From contig JACPBB010000002.1 in NCBI GenBank assembly GCA_016180525.1, positions 1 through 46,823 on the forward strand: a stretch of DNA of 46,823 nucleotides, read 5' to 3'. The notes beneath the pieces were generated by a model that did no database searches, was not told where the DNA came from, and worked only from the letters and a program-made list of their open reading frames with translations. The translations under genes and the position numbers were made by a program. Positions 26,541 through 35,418 of the stretch are shown here, one piece after another; position 1 is the stretch's first letter, and every line of letters begins with the position of its first letter. The stretch comes from Parcubacteria group bacterium (GTDB lineage Bacteria > Patescibacteriota > Minisyncoccia > Phycocordibacterales > UBA2135).

Positions 26541-28490
26541 TTATTGCGCCGCAGGAGACTCCACAACTTTCCCTTGAGTAAAGACGAAGTTCGGGTCTGA
26601 GTTCAGGGAAATCGTAAGCGCCTTTCCGGTCAGCCGAATCGCGGCGCCGGTAAACTCGTCAACTCCGGAAAACACAGACTCCCCCGAAATAGTCGGCGAC
26701 TGATTTAGCTGAGAAATGCTTGGAATAAAACCAATTTGAAACGCGGCCGTGCGCGGAGGAAGTGTTACCCCTGCTCCCGCTTCAAGCCGTCCGAGATTCC
26801 ATGTAATTTCCCGTGACGCTTCATTGTACGTCACATCTTCTCCTCCGGGAGCTTTAACGCCACGCCACGCCACATACGGAGGAAGCACTGTCCTTACCGT
26901 TCCGCGAGATATGTGATTTGAAGAATTAACGGCAGTCCATACTATAGTATATGTCGTCTCTTTTTCAACCTCTGGAGGCAATGGGCCGATATTTTGAAAC
27001 GGGCCAATAAAGTATACAGCATTTGCGGAAAACACAGCCTCGGAACTTATTTTTATTTTTTGCTCCACTCTACCCTCTATGCTTTCCTGAACACCCCGTT
27101 CAGAAAGCCTTTTTCCGCTTGTAGTAATTACAATTGAAACTTCCGGATTTCTAAACAATGTCCCGTTTTGGGTAAACAGCGGCTGCGGGGTAAATCTGAA
27201 ACTTGTTCTGCCCTGCGCGCCTGACTCAATTTCGGCAAGTTCAGGAAGTGAATTTTTGTCCCAGAGAATCGTATCGTTCGCCGAATTATAAAAACCATTT
27301 CTTGGGTCAACGGAGCTTTTATCAATAACGGCCCCGTTTAGTTTCGCTTCTAGCTTCGCGTCAACGATTTTGGTCGGAAGATTGTTGGTCCAGACAATGC
27401 TTACATCAAGCAACTCTCTACTTCCCGCAACATACTCTGCCGTCGCGTCACCGTTCACAAACAGCAAAACCGAAACAAACGGACGCGCGATTTTAACGGC
27501 AGCAAGAGAGCTGTTGTAGACAACCCCGAGTCTGTTTTCTCCAATACCGGACCTTCCACCCAAAGAAACACGAAACACTTTTTCTTCGCCATCTTGCCCT
27601 TCCATAACTCCCCGTATTGTAATCGTCCGCTTTCCCCCGGGCGCAAGATCTCCCACAGTCCAGACAGTATTATCAGAGACAGGCCTCGGCTCCGCGCTTA
27701 TAAATGAAAACCCGAACGGATATTCCACGGAAAGTAAAAGATCTCTCGTTACGGTATCCGTATTTGAAGTAATCGTAATGTCCACTTTAAATTCTTGGCC
27801 GGAAACAACCTCAGCAAGTGTTTCCACGGAAAGACTTGTCGCCGAAGAACTTACGTGCGCTATATATTCTTTTTCTTTCGCAAAAATGGCGTTTGAATCG
27901 GCAACCCGATATTCCAGTGTAATTTTAAACTTTTTTTCGTCGCCCTCTTGCCCAAAGAGCACGACTCGTATCGGTTCCTTTACAACTTCTCCCGGTTTTA
28001 TATTTGGAATTGCTTTCCTGAAACGAGTAAGCTCCCTTTCCAGATTATCAGCGCCCCTCGTTCCTTCCGGATATTCTATGAGCAAATCAGCAGACTCAAG
28101 AGATACGCTATTGTTATTTTCTATAATCACCTGTAATTGCACCTCTTCTCCTGCCGGAACCGCGACGGGGCCGGAAACTAAAATATCCACATTCCGTGTT
28201 GAAACAATATTTGAATCACGCAAAAAAACAAATGCCGCTATGACAAGCGCAAGTGTGAAAAATAAAACAGAGAACAGAAAAAATTTTTTCCAAAAAGGCA
28301 TGGGTGGATTAGGCACTGTTCTAACTTGAGCAGTCTCACTTAGGGCAGGCTCCTCATTCCATGAGTCAGACTGTTCTTCTCCGTGAGAATGAAGTTCAAA
28401 CCGTTTTTTTTGCAGGGTGTTTTTGTCACGTCTATAGAGGATTTTTTTGAGACGCTCAATTCTTCCTTCAGAATTATTACTCATTGGCAT
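26541..28490 (-). CDS. Single-pass membrane protein with large beta-rich extracytoplasmic region
   Basis: Cytoplasmic N-terminus, helix FFLFSVLFFTLALVIAAFVFL, then ~550 aa of repeated beta-sandwich-like segments. Confidence 0.7.
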   Translation of the reverse strand: MPMSNNSEGRIERLKKILYRRDKNTLQKKRFELHSHGEEQSDSWNEEPALSETAQVRTVPNPPMPFWKKFFLFSVLFFTLALVIAAFVFLRDSNIVSTRNVDILVSGPVAVPAGEEVQLQVIIENNNSVSLESADLLIEYPEGTRGADNLERELTRFRKAIPNIKPGEVVKEPIRVVLFGQEGDEKKFKITLEYRVADSNAIFAKEKEYIAHVSSSATSLSVETLAEVVSGQEFKVDITITSNTDTVTRDLLLSVEYPFGFSFISAEPRPVSDNTVWTVGDLAPGGKRTITIRGVMEGQDGEEKVFRVSLGGRSGIGENRLGVVYNSSLAAVKIARPFVSVLLFVNGDATAEYVAGSRELLDVSIVWTNNLPTKIVDAKLEAKLNGAVIDKSSVDPRNGFYNSANDTILWDKNSLPELAEIESGAQGRTSFRFTPQPLFTQNGTLFRNPEVSIVITTSGKRLSERGVQESIEGRVEQKIKISSEAVFSANAVYFIGPFQNIGPLPPEVEKETTYTIVWTAVNSSNHISRGTVRTVLPPYVAWRGVKAPGGEDVTYNEASREITWNLGRLEAGAGVTLPPRTAAFQIGFIPSISQLNQSPTISGESVFSGVDEFTGAAIRLTGKALTISLNSDPNFVFTQGKVVESPAAQ

Positions 28491-28522
28491 TTAATATAGT
28501 ATAACACAGCGCCACATAGGGC

Positions 28523-29380
28523 TTACTGTATATGCAGTGTATTGCCGTCACTTTCAAAAACAATTGTGCCAAGCTCATCCGTTCGCATAATGACGCTTCC
28601 AAACACTTCAAATCGGTCCAATACCTCCTGGTGCGGATGGCCATACGAGTTGTTTGCTCCGGCGGATATGATGACGTATTCAGGACTCGTGTGTCCTATA
28701 AACGTTTCCGACGATGATGTTTTAGAACCGTGGTGTCCTGCTTTTAAAACATCCGCATTTAAGTTGCTTCCATCAAGAGATACGAGGTATTGTTCAATTT
28801 TTTGAGGAGAATCTCCGGTAAGAAGAAAAGAGGTGTCTCCATACATAAGTCGCGCAACAATCGAAGCGTCATTTGTGTCCATTCCCGAAGGATCTCTGTC
28901 GGGAAAAAGAACATGTAGATATACTCCTTCGCTTAGTTTTAATTTCATTCCGCGACGCGCTAAAATTTTTGTAATATTTTTATTTTCAATTAATTGTTCG
29001 AGTTGTGCATATACTGCGGTATCGGACTCTACGCCCGGCTCCATAACCATAGCAACGTGATACCGATTCAAAACATCCGGCAATCCTCCGACGTGATCTT
29101 TGTCAGGATGCGTGGCGAGCAGCACATCAATAGACCTGTCATAAAACGGCATGATTCTTCCGAGTCTGCGGAGAACTTGTGCTCCGCCGCCTCCGTCTAT
29201 GAGCATTTGATTACCATTCGGCGCTTCAATAAAAATTGCGTCCCCTTGTCCCACATCTAAAAACGCAACAGTTAGAATATCGCCTCGCTCTTCCTTAAAA
29301 ACCGCGTACCAGATAAATGCGTTAGCAAAAAAGAGCACGCCGAGAAAACATTGAACCGCATTTTTCTTTAAAAACCCCAT
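28523..29380 (-). CDS. ComEC-type metallo-beta-lactamase domain protein (stand-alone)
   Basis: Signal anchor, VAFLDVGQGDAIFIEAPNG, HPDKDHVGG, GHHGS. Confidence 0.8.
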   Translation of the reverse strand: MGFLKKNAVQCFLGVLFFANAFIWYAVFKEERGDILTVAFLDVGQGDAIFIEAPNGNQMLIDGGGGAQVLRRLGRIMPFYDRSIDVLLATHPDKDHVGGLPDVLNRYHVAMVMEPGVESDTAVYAQLEQLIENKNITKILARRGMKLKLSEGVYLHVLFPDRDPSGMDTNDASIVARLMYGDTSFLLTGDSPQKIEQYLVSLDGSNLNADVLKAGHHGSKTSSSETFIGHTSPEYVIISAGANNSYGHPHQEVLDRFEVFGSVIMRTDELGTIVFESDGNTLHIQ

Positions 29381-29434
29381 TTTGAATGAGTGTACTGTAA
29401 CTTATTATTCAGTACAAGTAGTAAATATATAGAA

Positions 29435-29458
29435 AAAGAGGTGTGGGTGCGCCTCTTT
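29435..29458 (-). terminator. Terminator after S41 peptidase paralogue 1
   Basis: aaagagg ... cctcttt, T-run on the minus strand. Confidence 0.5.
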
Positions 29459-29475
29459 TAAAAATATTTAAAAAA

Positions 29476-30774
29476 TTATTGTTCCTTGACGCTCATAGAC
29501 TGAACAGTTTCTAGGGCGGCAATAAATTGTGCGTCTTCCTCGGTTAACGTGTCTTCGGGAATCTTTCTTGTATCCTTAACCTCCTTTGTAGGAATTACTC
29601 CGATGTCCTGAATTTTCTGCTTTCCGTTTCCAACCAAAAATTCAAACGTGGTAAGTTTGAGCCCGACGCCGTTTGAGAGTTTGTAAACGGTCTGACCAAC
29701 CCCCTTTCCATAAGAGCGACTGCCGAGAACCGTAAATTTACCGTGAGCATTTCCCCAGTCCTGCATCGTGCCTGAAAACATCTCCGCGGCTGACGCGCTT
29801 CTGTTATTTACGAGTATGATTACCTTATAATCCTTAAACGCGCCAGGTTTTTTCTTTTCGCGTGTTTTTGGATATTCAAATGTTCCGGTTAAAGACTCTA
29901 TCGTCTTCTCATCCTCTTTTCTACGTTCACGCAAGGTCGTCACAATGTCTTTCGGGTTATCGCTAAAATAAAAAAGCATTTCAAGAGAAGAATATAAGGT
30001 GCCCCCGGGATTGTCGCGCATATCAACAATGACACGCGGAGTTTCTTTTTCGGTTTTACTAAATGAACGTAGTGCTTCTTCAAAGTCATCCGCAGTTTCT
30101 TCGTTGTGTCCGGTAACTTGCACGTAGCCAACGCCAGAATTAAGCTTTTGAAAGGAGACCGTTGAAAGTTTAATTTTTTCTCTCGTGACTGTAAGTGTGA
30201 GATTCTCTACGCCGCGCGCAATATGTATAAATACTACCGAGCCGACCTTTCCGTGCAATACGCTTACCGCATGCGATATATTTTGTATTTTAATTATTTG
30301 AGACGACTCGGCATTCTGAATGCTTACAATAACATCCCCCTTCTTCAGTCCCGCACGCTCAGCAGGGTTCCCCGACATGACGCTCTCAATAATTACCGCA
30401 TCGCTGTCGTTTTTAAGCAACGCGCCGATTCCACCGAAATTCCCTTCCATGCGCTCATTGAGTCTCGCCATTTCCCATTGCGAGTGAAATCTGGAATGCT
30501 GGTCAAGGCACGCAAATCGTTTTTGTTCCAGCGCTTCTAGTTCTTCGTCTGAAAAAGAATCAATTTCCTGATCTACGGAAATATTCCCGCTCGCCCTTAA
30601 AAACTCTTTCGTGATGATGGGCTTGCACTGCAGAAGACTGGCCCCCGACAAAGAATCATGCTCAAAAATTTCAAACGCTTGCTCTAGGGGGTCTTTCGTA
30701 TAAACGAGTAATATACCCAAAAAGACAAAGAAAAGAGCAAAAACCGGAATGCTGTATTTGACGAATCTCTTCAA
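29476..30774 (-). CDS. S41-family C-terminal processing peptidase with PDZ domain (paralogue 1, membrane-anchored)
   Basis: TTG is the only possible start (in-frame TAA at 30793; GGAG 6 nt upstream). PDZ NFGGIG...GLKKGDVIVSI. Catalytic Ser NNRSASAAEMF. Lys SYGKGVGQT. Confidence 0.85.
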   Translation of the reverse strand: MKRFVKYSIPVFALFFVFLGILLVYTKDPLEQAFEIFEHDSLSGASLLQCKPIITKEFLRASGNISVDQEIDSFSDEELEALEQKRFACLDQHSRFHSQWEMARLNERMEGNFGGIGALLKNDSDAVIIESVMSGNPAERAGLKKGDVIVSIQNAESSQIIKIQNISHAVSVLHGKVGSVVFIHIARGVENLTLTVTREKIKLSTVSFQKLNSGVGYVQVTGHNEETADDFEEALRSFSKTEKETPRVIVDMRDNPGGTLYSSLEMLFYFSDNPKDIVTTLRERRKEDEKTIESLTGTFEYPKTREKKKPGAFKDYKVIILVNNRSASAAEMFSGTMQDWGNAHGKFTVLGSRSYGKGVGQTVYKLSNGVGLKLTTFEFLVGNGKQKIQDIGVIPTKEVKDTRKIPEDTLTEEDAQFIAALETVQSMSVKEQ

Positions 30775-30980
30775 GAGACTCTCCGTGTCAAATTAACTAT
30801 TCTTTGAAAAGCCTAACACGATACCTTTCAAAAAGGAAGACGCCGCCATATTTTGACCACAATAGACCTGAAGTGTGTTTAAAAACTTCGCTCTGCCTTC
30901 ACCCCTCCTACTCCGCATCTTCACTTTTATGCACATTAAACTGGTCCCCTCACTTACCGTGAGAAATTGGGAAAAGAAAA

Positions 30981-30998
30981 AGCCGCCTAGAAGCGGCT
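30981..30998 (-). terminator. Terminator after the CPBP protease gene
   Basis: agccgc-ctagaa-gcggct, T-run on the minus strand. Confidence 0.55.
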
Positions 30999-31008
30999 CG
31001 TGGCATAA

Positions 31009-31752
31009 TTAAAAAATTAAAAAATAGATATATCTTTGGAAAAAGAAAACAAGATTGGCAACGCTGTGCATGACAATTGGAACAACTATTGAGTTTGTTC
31101 TAATTCTGGCAATACCAAAAAGAATTCCTAAGGCATATACTTCTAACAACAAAATTACTGAGTAAAAGTATTGCGTGTGAGCCACTGTAAAGATAAGGGA
31201 GGTAACCACAACCACAATGGTGATGCGCGTTTGTGAGGGCGCAATCCCTAGGTATCCTTTCAATAAAAATCCACGAATAAAAAATTCTTCAATAAGGGGA
31301 GCAATAAATACAGCCTGCGAAAATCTAATCCAAGATGGAATAAAGGATGCTGTGATCATTTCCTCTTGATAGGTGGCGCGAACGTCCTTTATCAATATAA
31401 GATTGAAAAAAAACATTCCGAGAGCAATGCATGCCGTTACACAGACCCAAAATAGCAAGGTACGTCCACTGGGGTTATATAAAGACGCGTACTCTCGTAA
31501 AGATATGTCCTTTTTCAGAGACATACAAAACAAGATTAAAACAATCCCTGTTAGCATAAACGCCAAATCAGACATAAACCCAACCTCATAGGCAAATAGT
31601 GCAGAATCAAAAAGAAAAGCTTTTGTAATGCCGTATGCAATTGAAGAAAATGTAAATATGAAGAACACAAAGACTGTCGTTGCAAAAATTCCCCATGGTC
31701 TTCCGTGGTGTGGAAACTCTGAAGCTTCCCTCGCGCCATCACTATGCACCAT
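31009..31752 (-). CDS. CPBP (CAAX/Abi) family intramembrane glutamic protease
   Basis: EEFFIRGF (EExxxR), FTVAH, MHSVANL motifs. Multi-pass. Confidence 0.8.
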   Translation of the reverse strand: MVHSDGAREASEFPHHGRPWGIFATTVFVFFIFTFSSIAYGITKAFLFDSALFAYEVGFMSDLAFMLTGIVLILFCMSLKKDISLREYASLYNPSGRTLLFWVCVTACIALGMFFFNLILIKDVRATYQEEMITASFIPSWIRFSQAVFIAPLIEEFFIRGFLLKGYLGIAPSQTRITIVVVVTSLIFTVAHTQYFYSVILLLEVYALGILFGIARIRTNSIVVPIVMHSVANLVFFFQRYIYFLIF

Positions 31753-31815
31753 TACAGAGCTTTAATTCCAAAAATCTTCTTTCCAAAGTAAATCAGATTG
31801 GATTCTGAAAGTCAA

Positions 31816-31840
31816 AAACGAGACGCAGTGCGTCTCGTTT
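31816..31840 (-). terminator. Terminator after S41 peptidase paralogue 2
   Basis: aaacgagacgc-agt-gcgtctcgttt, T-run on the minus strand. Confidence 0.7.
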
Positions 31841-31853
31841 GTCTTTCTACACT

Positions 31854-33131
31854 TTATTTCGCAGTTTCAGCAGGCGGAACATAATATTGGAGCGTTTCTT
31901 CTGCAAGCCAAAATTGTATATCTTTCTCGGTCAAAGTCTCTTCGGGCGAGCCTCTTAAATCTTTTACCTCAATTGTTGGAATAACGCCAATTTTGTGAAT
32001 ACCCTTTTTCTCATTTCCAACCAAAAATTCAAATGTCGTAAGCTGGAGACCCATTCCGCCTGAAAGCGTATAAATAGTTTGCCCGACACCCTTGCCATAT
32101 GAATGAGCCCCTAAAATAATAAATCTTCCGTGAGCACTGCCCCAATCCCGCATTGTGCCGGCAAAAATCTCAGCAGCTGAGGCGGTCCCTTCATTTATAA
32201 GCACTATTGCGACATAATCTTTAAACATTCCAGGCTTTTTCTTTTCTTGAGTCTTTGGGTATACGAATCCATCCCTCATAGACCCAACCGTTATAACGTC
32301 TTCTGCTGTTCGGTCGCGTATCGTCACTATAATATCTTCGGGCTTTTCACTGAAATAAAAAAGCATTTCAATCGGTGAAAATAAATTACCACCAGGATTG
32401 TCGCGCATATCAATGATTACACGTGGAGCATCTTCCCCGTTTCCGATCGCACGCAACGCGATTTCAAAATCATCCGCGGTTTCTTCATTGTGTCCGGTAA
32501 CTTGCACATAACCAACGCCAGAGGAAAGTTTTTTAAAAGCAACTGTTGAAAGTTTAATTTTCTCCCTCGTAACAGAAAAAGTAAGCTGTGCTTCACCTCG
32601 CATAACGGTAATCAATATTGAACTTCCCGCCTCGCCTCGTAATATGTCAAGTGCGTCGGAAAAATTCTTTATTTCAAGAACAGGCGAAGATTCATTTTGC
32701 CGAACACTTTGAATAATGTCTCCTGCCTTAATGCCCGCCGTGTCTGCCGGCTTCCCGGCAACAACGCCATCAACAATAACTTTCCCGTCATTTTCTGCAA
32801 CAGTAACTCCGATTCCACCGAAGTTCCCTTCAGTTACCTCTGCCATTCTGTGCATCTCTATTTCAGAGAGAAACGACGAGTGTTCATCGAGGCACGCAAG
32901 CCGTTTTTCCCAATCTGCAATGGGCTCTCCTGTGGATTGCAGAGATTCATTTGCTTCTTTGAATTCTTCAAGAATTGTACTCTTACATAATTCAATATTG
33001 GGCTGTAAAAGAGAGTACTTTTCAATGAGCTCAAGCACCTCTTTCTCGGCACCAGGATCCGCGTACACAAGAGTCGGGGCGCATATGAGAAAAAACAAAA
33101 CAAGCGCGACATACTGGACAGTTTTTTTCAT
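31854..33131 (-). CDS. S41-family C-terminal processing peptidase with PDZ domain (paralogue 2, cleavable-type signal peptide)
   Basis: Signal MKKTVQYVALVLFFLICAPTLVYA. PDZ NFGGIG...GIKAGDIIQSV. Ser NEGTASAAEIF. Lys SYGKGVGQT. Confidence 0.85.
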   Translation of the reverse strand: MKKTVQYVALVLFFLICAPTLVYADPGAEKEVLELIEKYSLLQPNIELCKSTILEEFKEANESLQSTGEPIADWEKRLACLDEHSSFLSEIEMHRMAEVTEGNFGGIGVTVAENDGKVIVDGVVAGKPADTAGIKAGDIIQSVRQNESSPVLEIKNFSDALDILRGEAGSSILITVMRGEAQLTFSVTREKIKLSTVAFKKLSSGVGYVQVTGHNEETADDFEIALRAIGNGEDAPRVIIDMRDNPGGNLFSPIEMLFYFSEKPEDIIVTIRDRTAEDVITVGSMRDGFVYPKTQEKKKPGMFKDYVAIVLINEGTASAAEIFAGTMRDWGSAHGRFIILGAHSYGKGVGQTIYTLSGGMGLQLTTFEFLVGNEKKGIHKIGVIPTIEVKDLRGSPEETLTEKDIQFWLAEETLQYYVPPAETAK

Positions 33132-33188
33132 AATAACAGCATCCTTTTCAACTTCTTCTTATAGCGTACCACGGCGGCATAAGAAAAA

Positions 33189-33213
33189 AGCCTGCGCGAC
33201 ATGCGTGCAAGCT
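33189..33213 (-). terminator. Terminator closing the MotA-like three-gene operon
   Basis: agcctgcgcg-acatg-cgtgcaagct (10-bp stem, 1 mismatch, 1 G-U), followed by TTTTTT on the minus strand. Confidence 0.6.
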
Positions 33214-33252
33214 TTGGTCAACTCCAATAGTAATGGAGTTAATTTTTATATT

Positions 33253-33786
33253 TTATAGTTTTTCTGGTGGTGGTCCTAAACGTTCAAAAGTTCGCGGACT
33301 TTGAGCGGGCGGCTCTTTGAGCGGAGCTGCCGGCTGAGGAAGCGGATAGAATAGCTGATCGAGGGTATCCAGGCTTCGTTTATATTCAAACGGACTTTTC
33401 ATCATGAGACCGCTCTTATTTCGTTGCGCCTGCCGCATGGCCTCTTGCAATCGCTCTGCCATGGGCCTATTCCACGGTAGAACATAGTACCGAGGTTCCG
33501 GCACTCCGCGCAACTGCAGCCAGAGATAAATACCCTTCCCTTCTTTTATAACCACTCCGAGAACCGCGGCGTCTTTCGCAGAACGATGCACCCATTCAAG
33601 GTGAACCGGTTTTGGACGGCTTAACAAGTCCATAAGAGCTGCGTATCCAGACGCCACAAACAAAACAGTCAAAATAATTGCGGCAGATTTTACCCAAAAC
33701 CTTCGCGGAGACCAGACAGCAATAGCCGCAAGCCCAACTGCAATGCCGATAAAGATAAGGCTATATTGTGTGAGCGCTTCCATCAT
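33253..33786 (-). CDS. Two-TM membrane protein with soluble domain and Pro-rich C-terminal tail (gene C of the MotA-like operon)
   Basis: Helices LIFIGIAVGLAAIAVW and AAIILTVLFVASGYAALM. Tail YPLPQPAAPLKEPPAQSPRTFERLGPPPEKL. AGGAGGG SD. Confidence 0.7.
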   Translation of the reverse strand: MMEALTQYSLIFIGIAVGLAAIAVWSPRRFWVKSAAIILTVLFVASGYAALMDLLSRPKPVHLEWVHRSAKDAAVLGVVIKEGKGIYLWLQLRGVPEPRYYVLPWNRPMAERLQEAMRQAQRNKSGLMMKSPFEYKRSLDTLDQLFYPLPQPAAPLKEPPAQSPRTFERLGPPPEKL

Positions 33787-33846
33787 GGCACTACCCTCCT
33801 TTCGGTTTCGGTTTCGGTTAGGGCATGTTGCATGCGTTTTTTTTCG

Positions 33847-34491
33847 TTAGTTTGGCTCGTCGCCACGAGAATTTCCCATCATGGGTGAGCGAAGTTTTTT
33901 GGTTAAACTGTGAACACTGCTGTCAATTAATGTGCCTTCGGGCGTAAGCGAGAATCGAAACGCGGTAATTTCTTCACCGGTTTCATGTAACTCTACGGTT
34001 GTTTTAAGAATTTGCTTGGTCCTTGCCTCTTTAGAAGACTTCAGGCTTAAAACGACAATGACGGGAACAGGATACGTGTTCGCGCCGTTTCTGAATAAGT
34101 GCACATTCACCGTATACTCTCCGGGAACAATCCCTCGGGTATACGCGGTTTCATAATTAATATTCGTTGCATCCCCTTGGTGTCCCAAATCATCTCGCAG
34201 AAGATTAAAGAGCACTCCGCCCTGGTTTGAATACCCAACGGGCACGTCACCAGGAGCTTCAACCCATAAATCAACATCAATATCAAGACTATCCGGCCAT
34301 GTGATTTCAACAATAACGTTTCCCGGAGGAACAATGTCGTCCTTGGCCTGCTTCGCGGGTGGATTAATGTGCGGCAACAGTAGAATGACCATTGCCACAA
34401 ACCCCAAAAGTGCGAGGGTAATCATGTCCCGCATCAACATGCCAGTCCCACCGTCATTGTCAAACCAACGATCGTTTCTCATTCTTGACAT
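33847..34491 (-). CDS. Single-pass protein with ExbD/TolR/MotB-like Asp-bearing TM helix and a non-canonical ~170-aa extracytoplasmic domain (gene B)
   Basis: MRDMITLALLGFVAMVILLL (Asp22), then VIVEITWPDSLDIDVDLWVEAPGD...PGEYTVNVHLF. Starts 3 nt after gene A, with GGAGGA SD. Confidence 0.6.
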   Translation of the reverse strand: MSRMRNDRWFDNDGGTGMLMRDMITLALLGFVAMVILLLPHINPPAKQAKDDIVPPGNVIVEITWPDSLDIDVDLWVEAPGDVPVGYSNQGGVLFNLLRDDLGHQGDATNINYETAYTRGIVPGEYTVNVHLFRNGANTYPVPVIVVLSLKSSKEARTKQILKTTVELHETGEEITAFRFSLTPEGTLIDSSVHSLTKKLRSPMMGNSRGDEPN

Positions 34492-34494
34492 TGT

Positions 34495-35244
34495 TTATTC
34501 CTCCAACTCTCTGCGGGTTTTTTCTTGAATTTCGCCAAACTCTCCAAGCAAATTAACAAAGTCGCTCCCGCCAACACGCAATATATGGAGGTTTGTCTCA
34601 AGCCAAATGCCGCCAAAAATGCCGCCAGCAAGAGTCGTATAGAGCGCAACGCCCATGCCGTTTACGAGTGTCGCGACCATTGTTCCAATAGAATTCGTAT
34701 CGCCCACAAGACCTGGATTTATTCCAGAGAGCACCATGACAAACCCCACAACCGTTCCCAAAAATCCAAGGAGCACAAGTACCGCGCTTAAACGCCCGAT
34801 GATTGCAAGACGGCTAAACCATTTATCTTCAAGAATATGGTGCAAATTCGCGCGGGTTCCGCTGTCCGCTCCACGAATCGCGTTTAAATATTCCGCGACG
34901 CGAGAAAACCGCGGAGGATTTTCTTCTTTCAGGTAATTAATTTCGCGACTTGTTACAAACACCTTTTTAATGGAGATAAAAAGACCAAAAGCAAACACCA
35001 ATGTCATTACCAAAATATAGGTAGTGAGGGCATCAAATGTGAGGAGTGTCTTAAGCCACGAAACATCTGCCTTTTTTCCAAAGAGCTTATCTACCCACCC
35101 TTCAAATATTCCTAGGGTAAAGAGTGTGATAAAAAGAAGATTACAGATAATAAATTTCAGCCAGAGAAAGTATGAATATCGTTCCGAGTCCTTCTTGTCC
35201 AGAACATCAAACGCGGCACGAGCCATTGTTGCGGTCCTTTTCAT
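34495..35244 (-). CDS. MotA/TolQ/ExbB-family ion channel protein (gene A)
   Basis: Four helices. LLGFLGTVVGF and GMGVALYTTLAGGIFG in the last two. Track ORF starts at TTG 35247. ATGs at 35244 and 35226. Confidence 0.7.
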   Translation of the reverse strand: MKRTATMARAAFDVLDKKDSERYSYFLWLKFIICNLLFITLFTLGIFEGWVDKLFGKKADVSWLKTLLTFDALTTYILVMTLVFAFGLFISIKKVFVTSREINYLKEENPPRFSRVAEYLNAIRGADSGTRANLHHILEDKWFSRLAIIGRLSAVLVLLGFLGTVVGFVMVLSGINPGLVGDTNSIGTMVATLVNGMGVALYTTLAGGIFGGIWLETNLHILRVGGSDFVNLLGEFGEIQEKTRRELEE

Positions 35245-35418
35245 CAAAACAGACTTCTTACCTATTCTTATAGAAAAACTGATAGTGTGTCAATAGGACA
35301 CCATAAAAAAATCTTTTTTGCTTTTTCCTGCGCGCAAAGCTCGGCTAACGCTTGACTTCAGGGGTAAAATATACTTCTATATAAAAAGAGGGTTTTGAAA
35401 ACAAAACGGAGTATTCGT

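Noticed and set aside
30793-30936. 47-aa ORF (MCIKVKMRSRRGEGRAKF...) in the 234-nt spacer between the CPBP gene and S41-1, in frame with S41-1
   Set aside because: No SD and a basic low-complexity start. It ends at a TAA 18 nt before the S41-1 TTG start, so it cannot be an N-terminal extension. Nothing supports it as coding.
33800-33817. TTTCGG x3 hexamer repeat in the spacer between genes B and C
   Set aside because: It is short, has period 6 rather than 7, and sits next to a normal AGGAGGG SD. It is probably simple slippage with no evident function.
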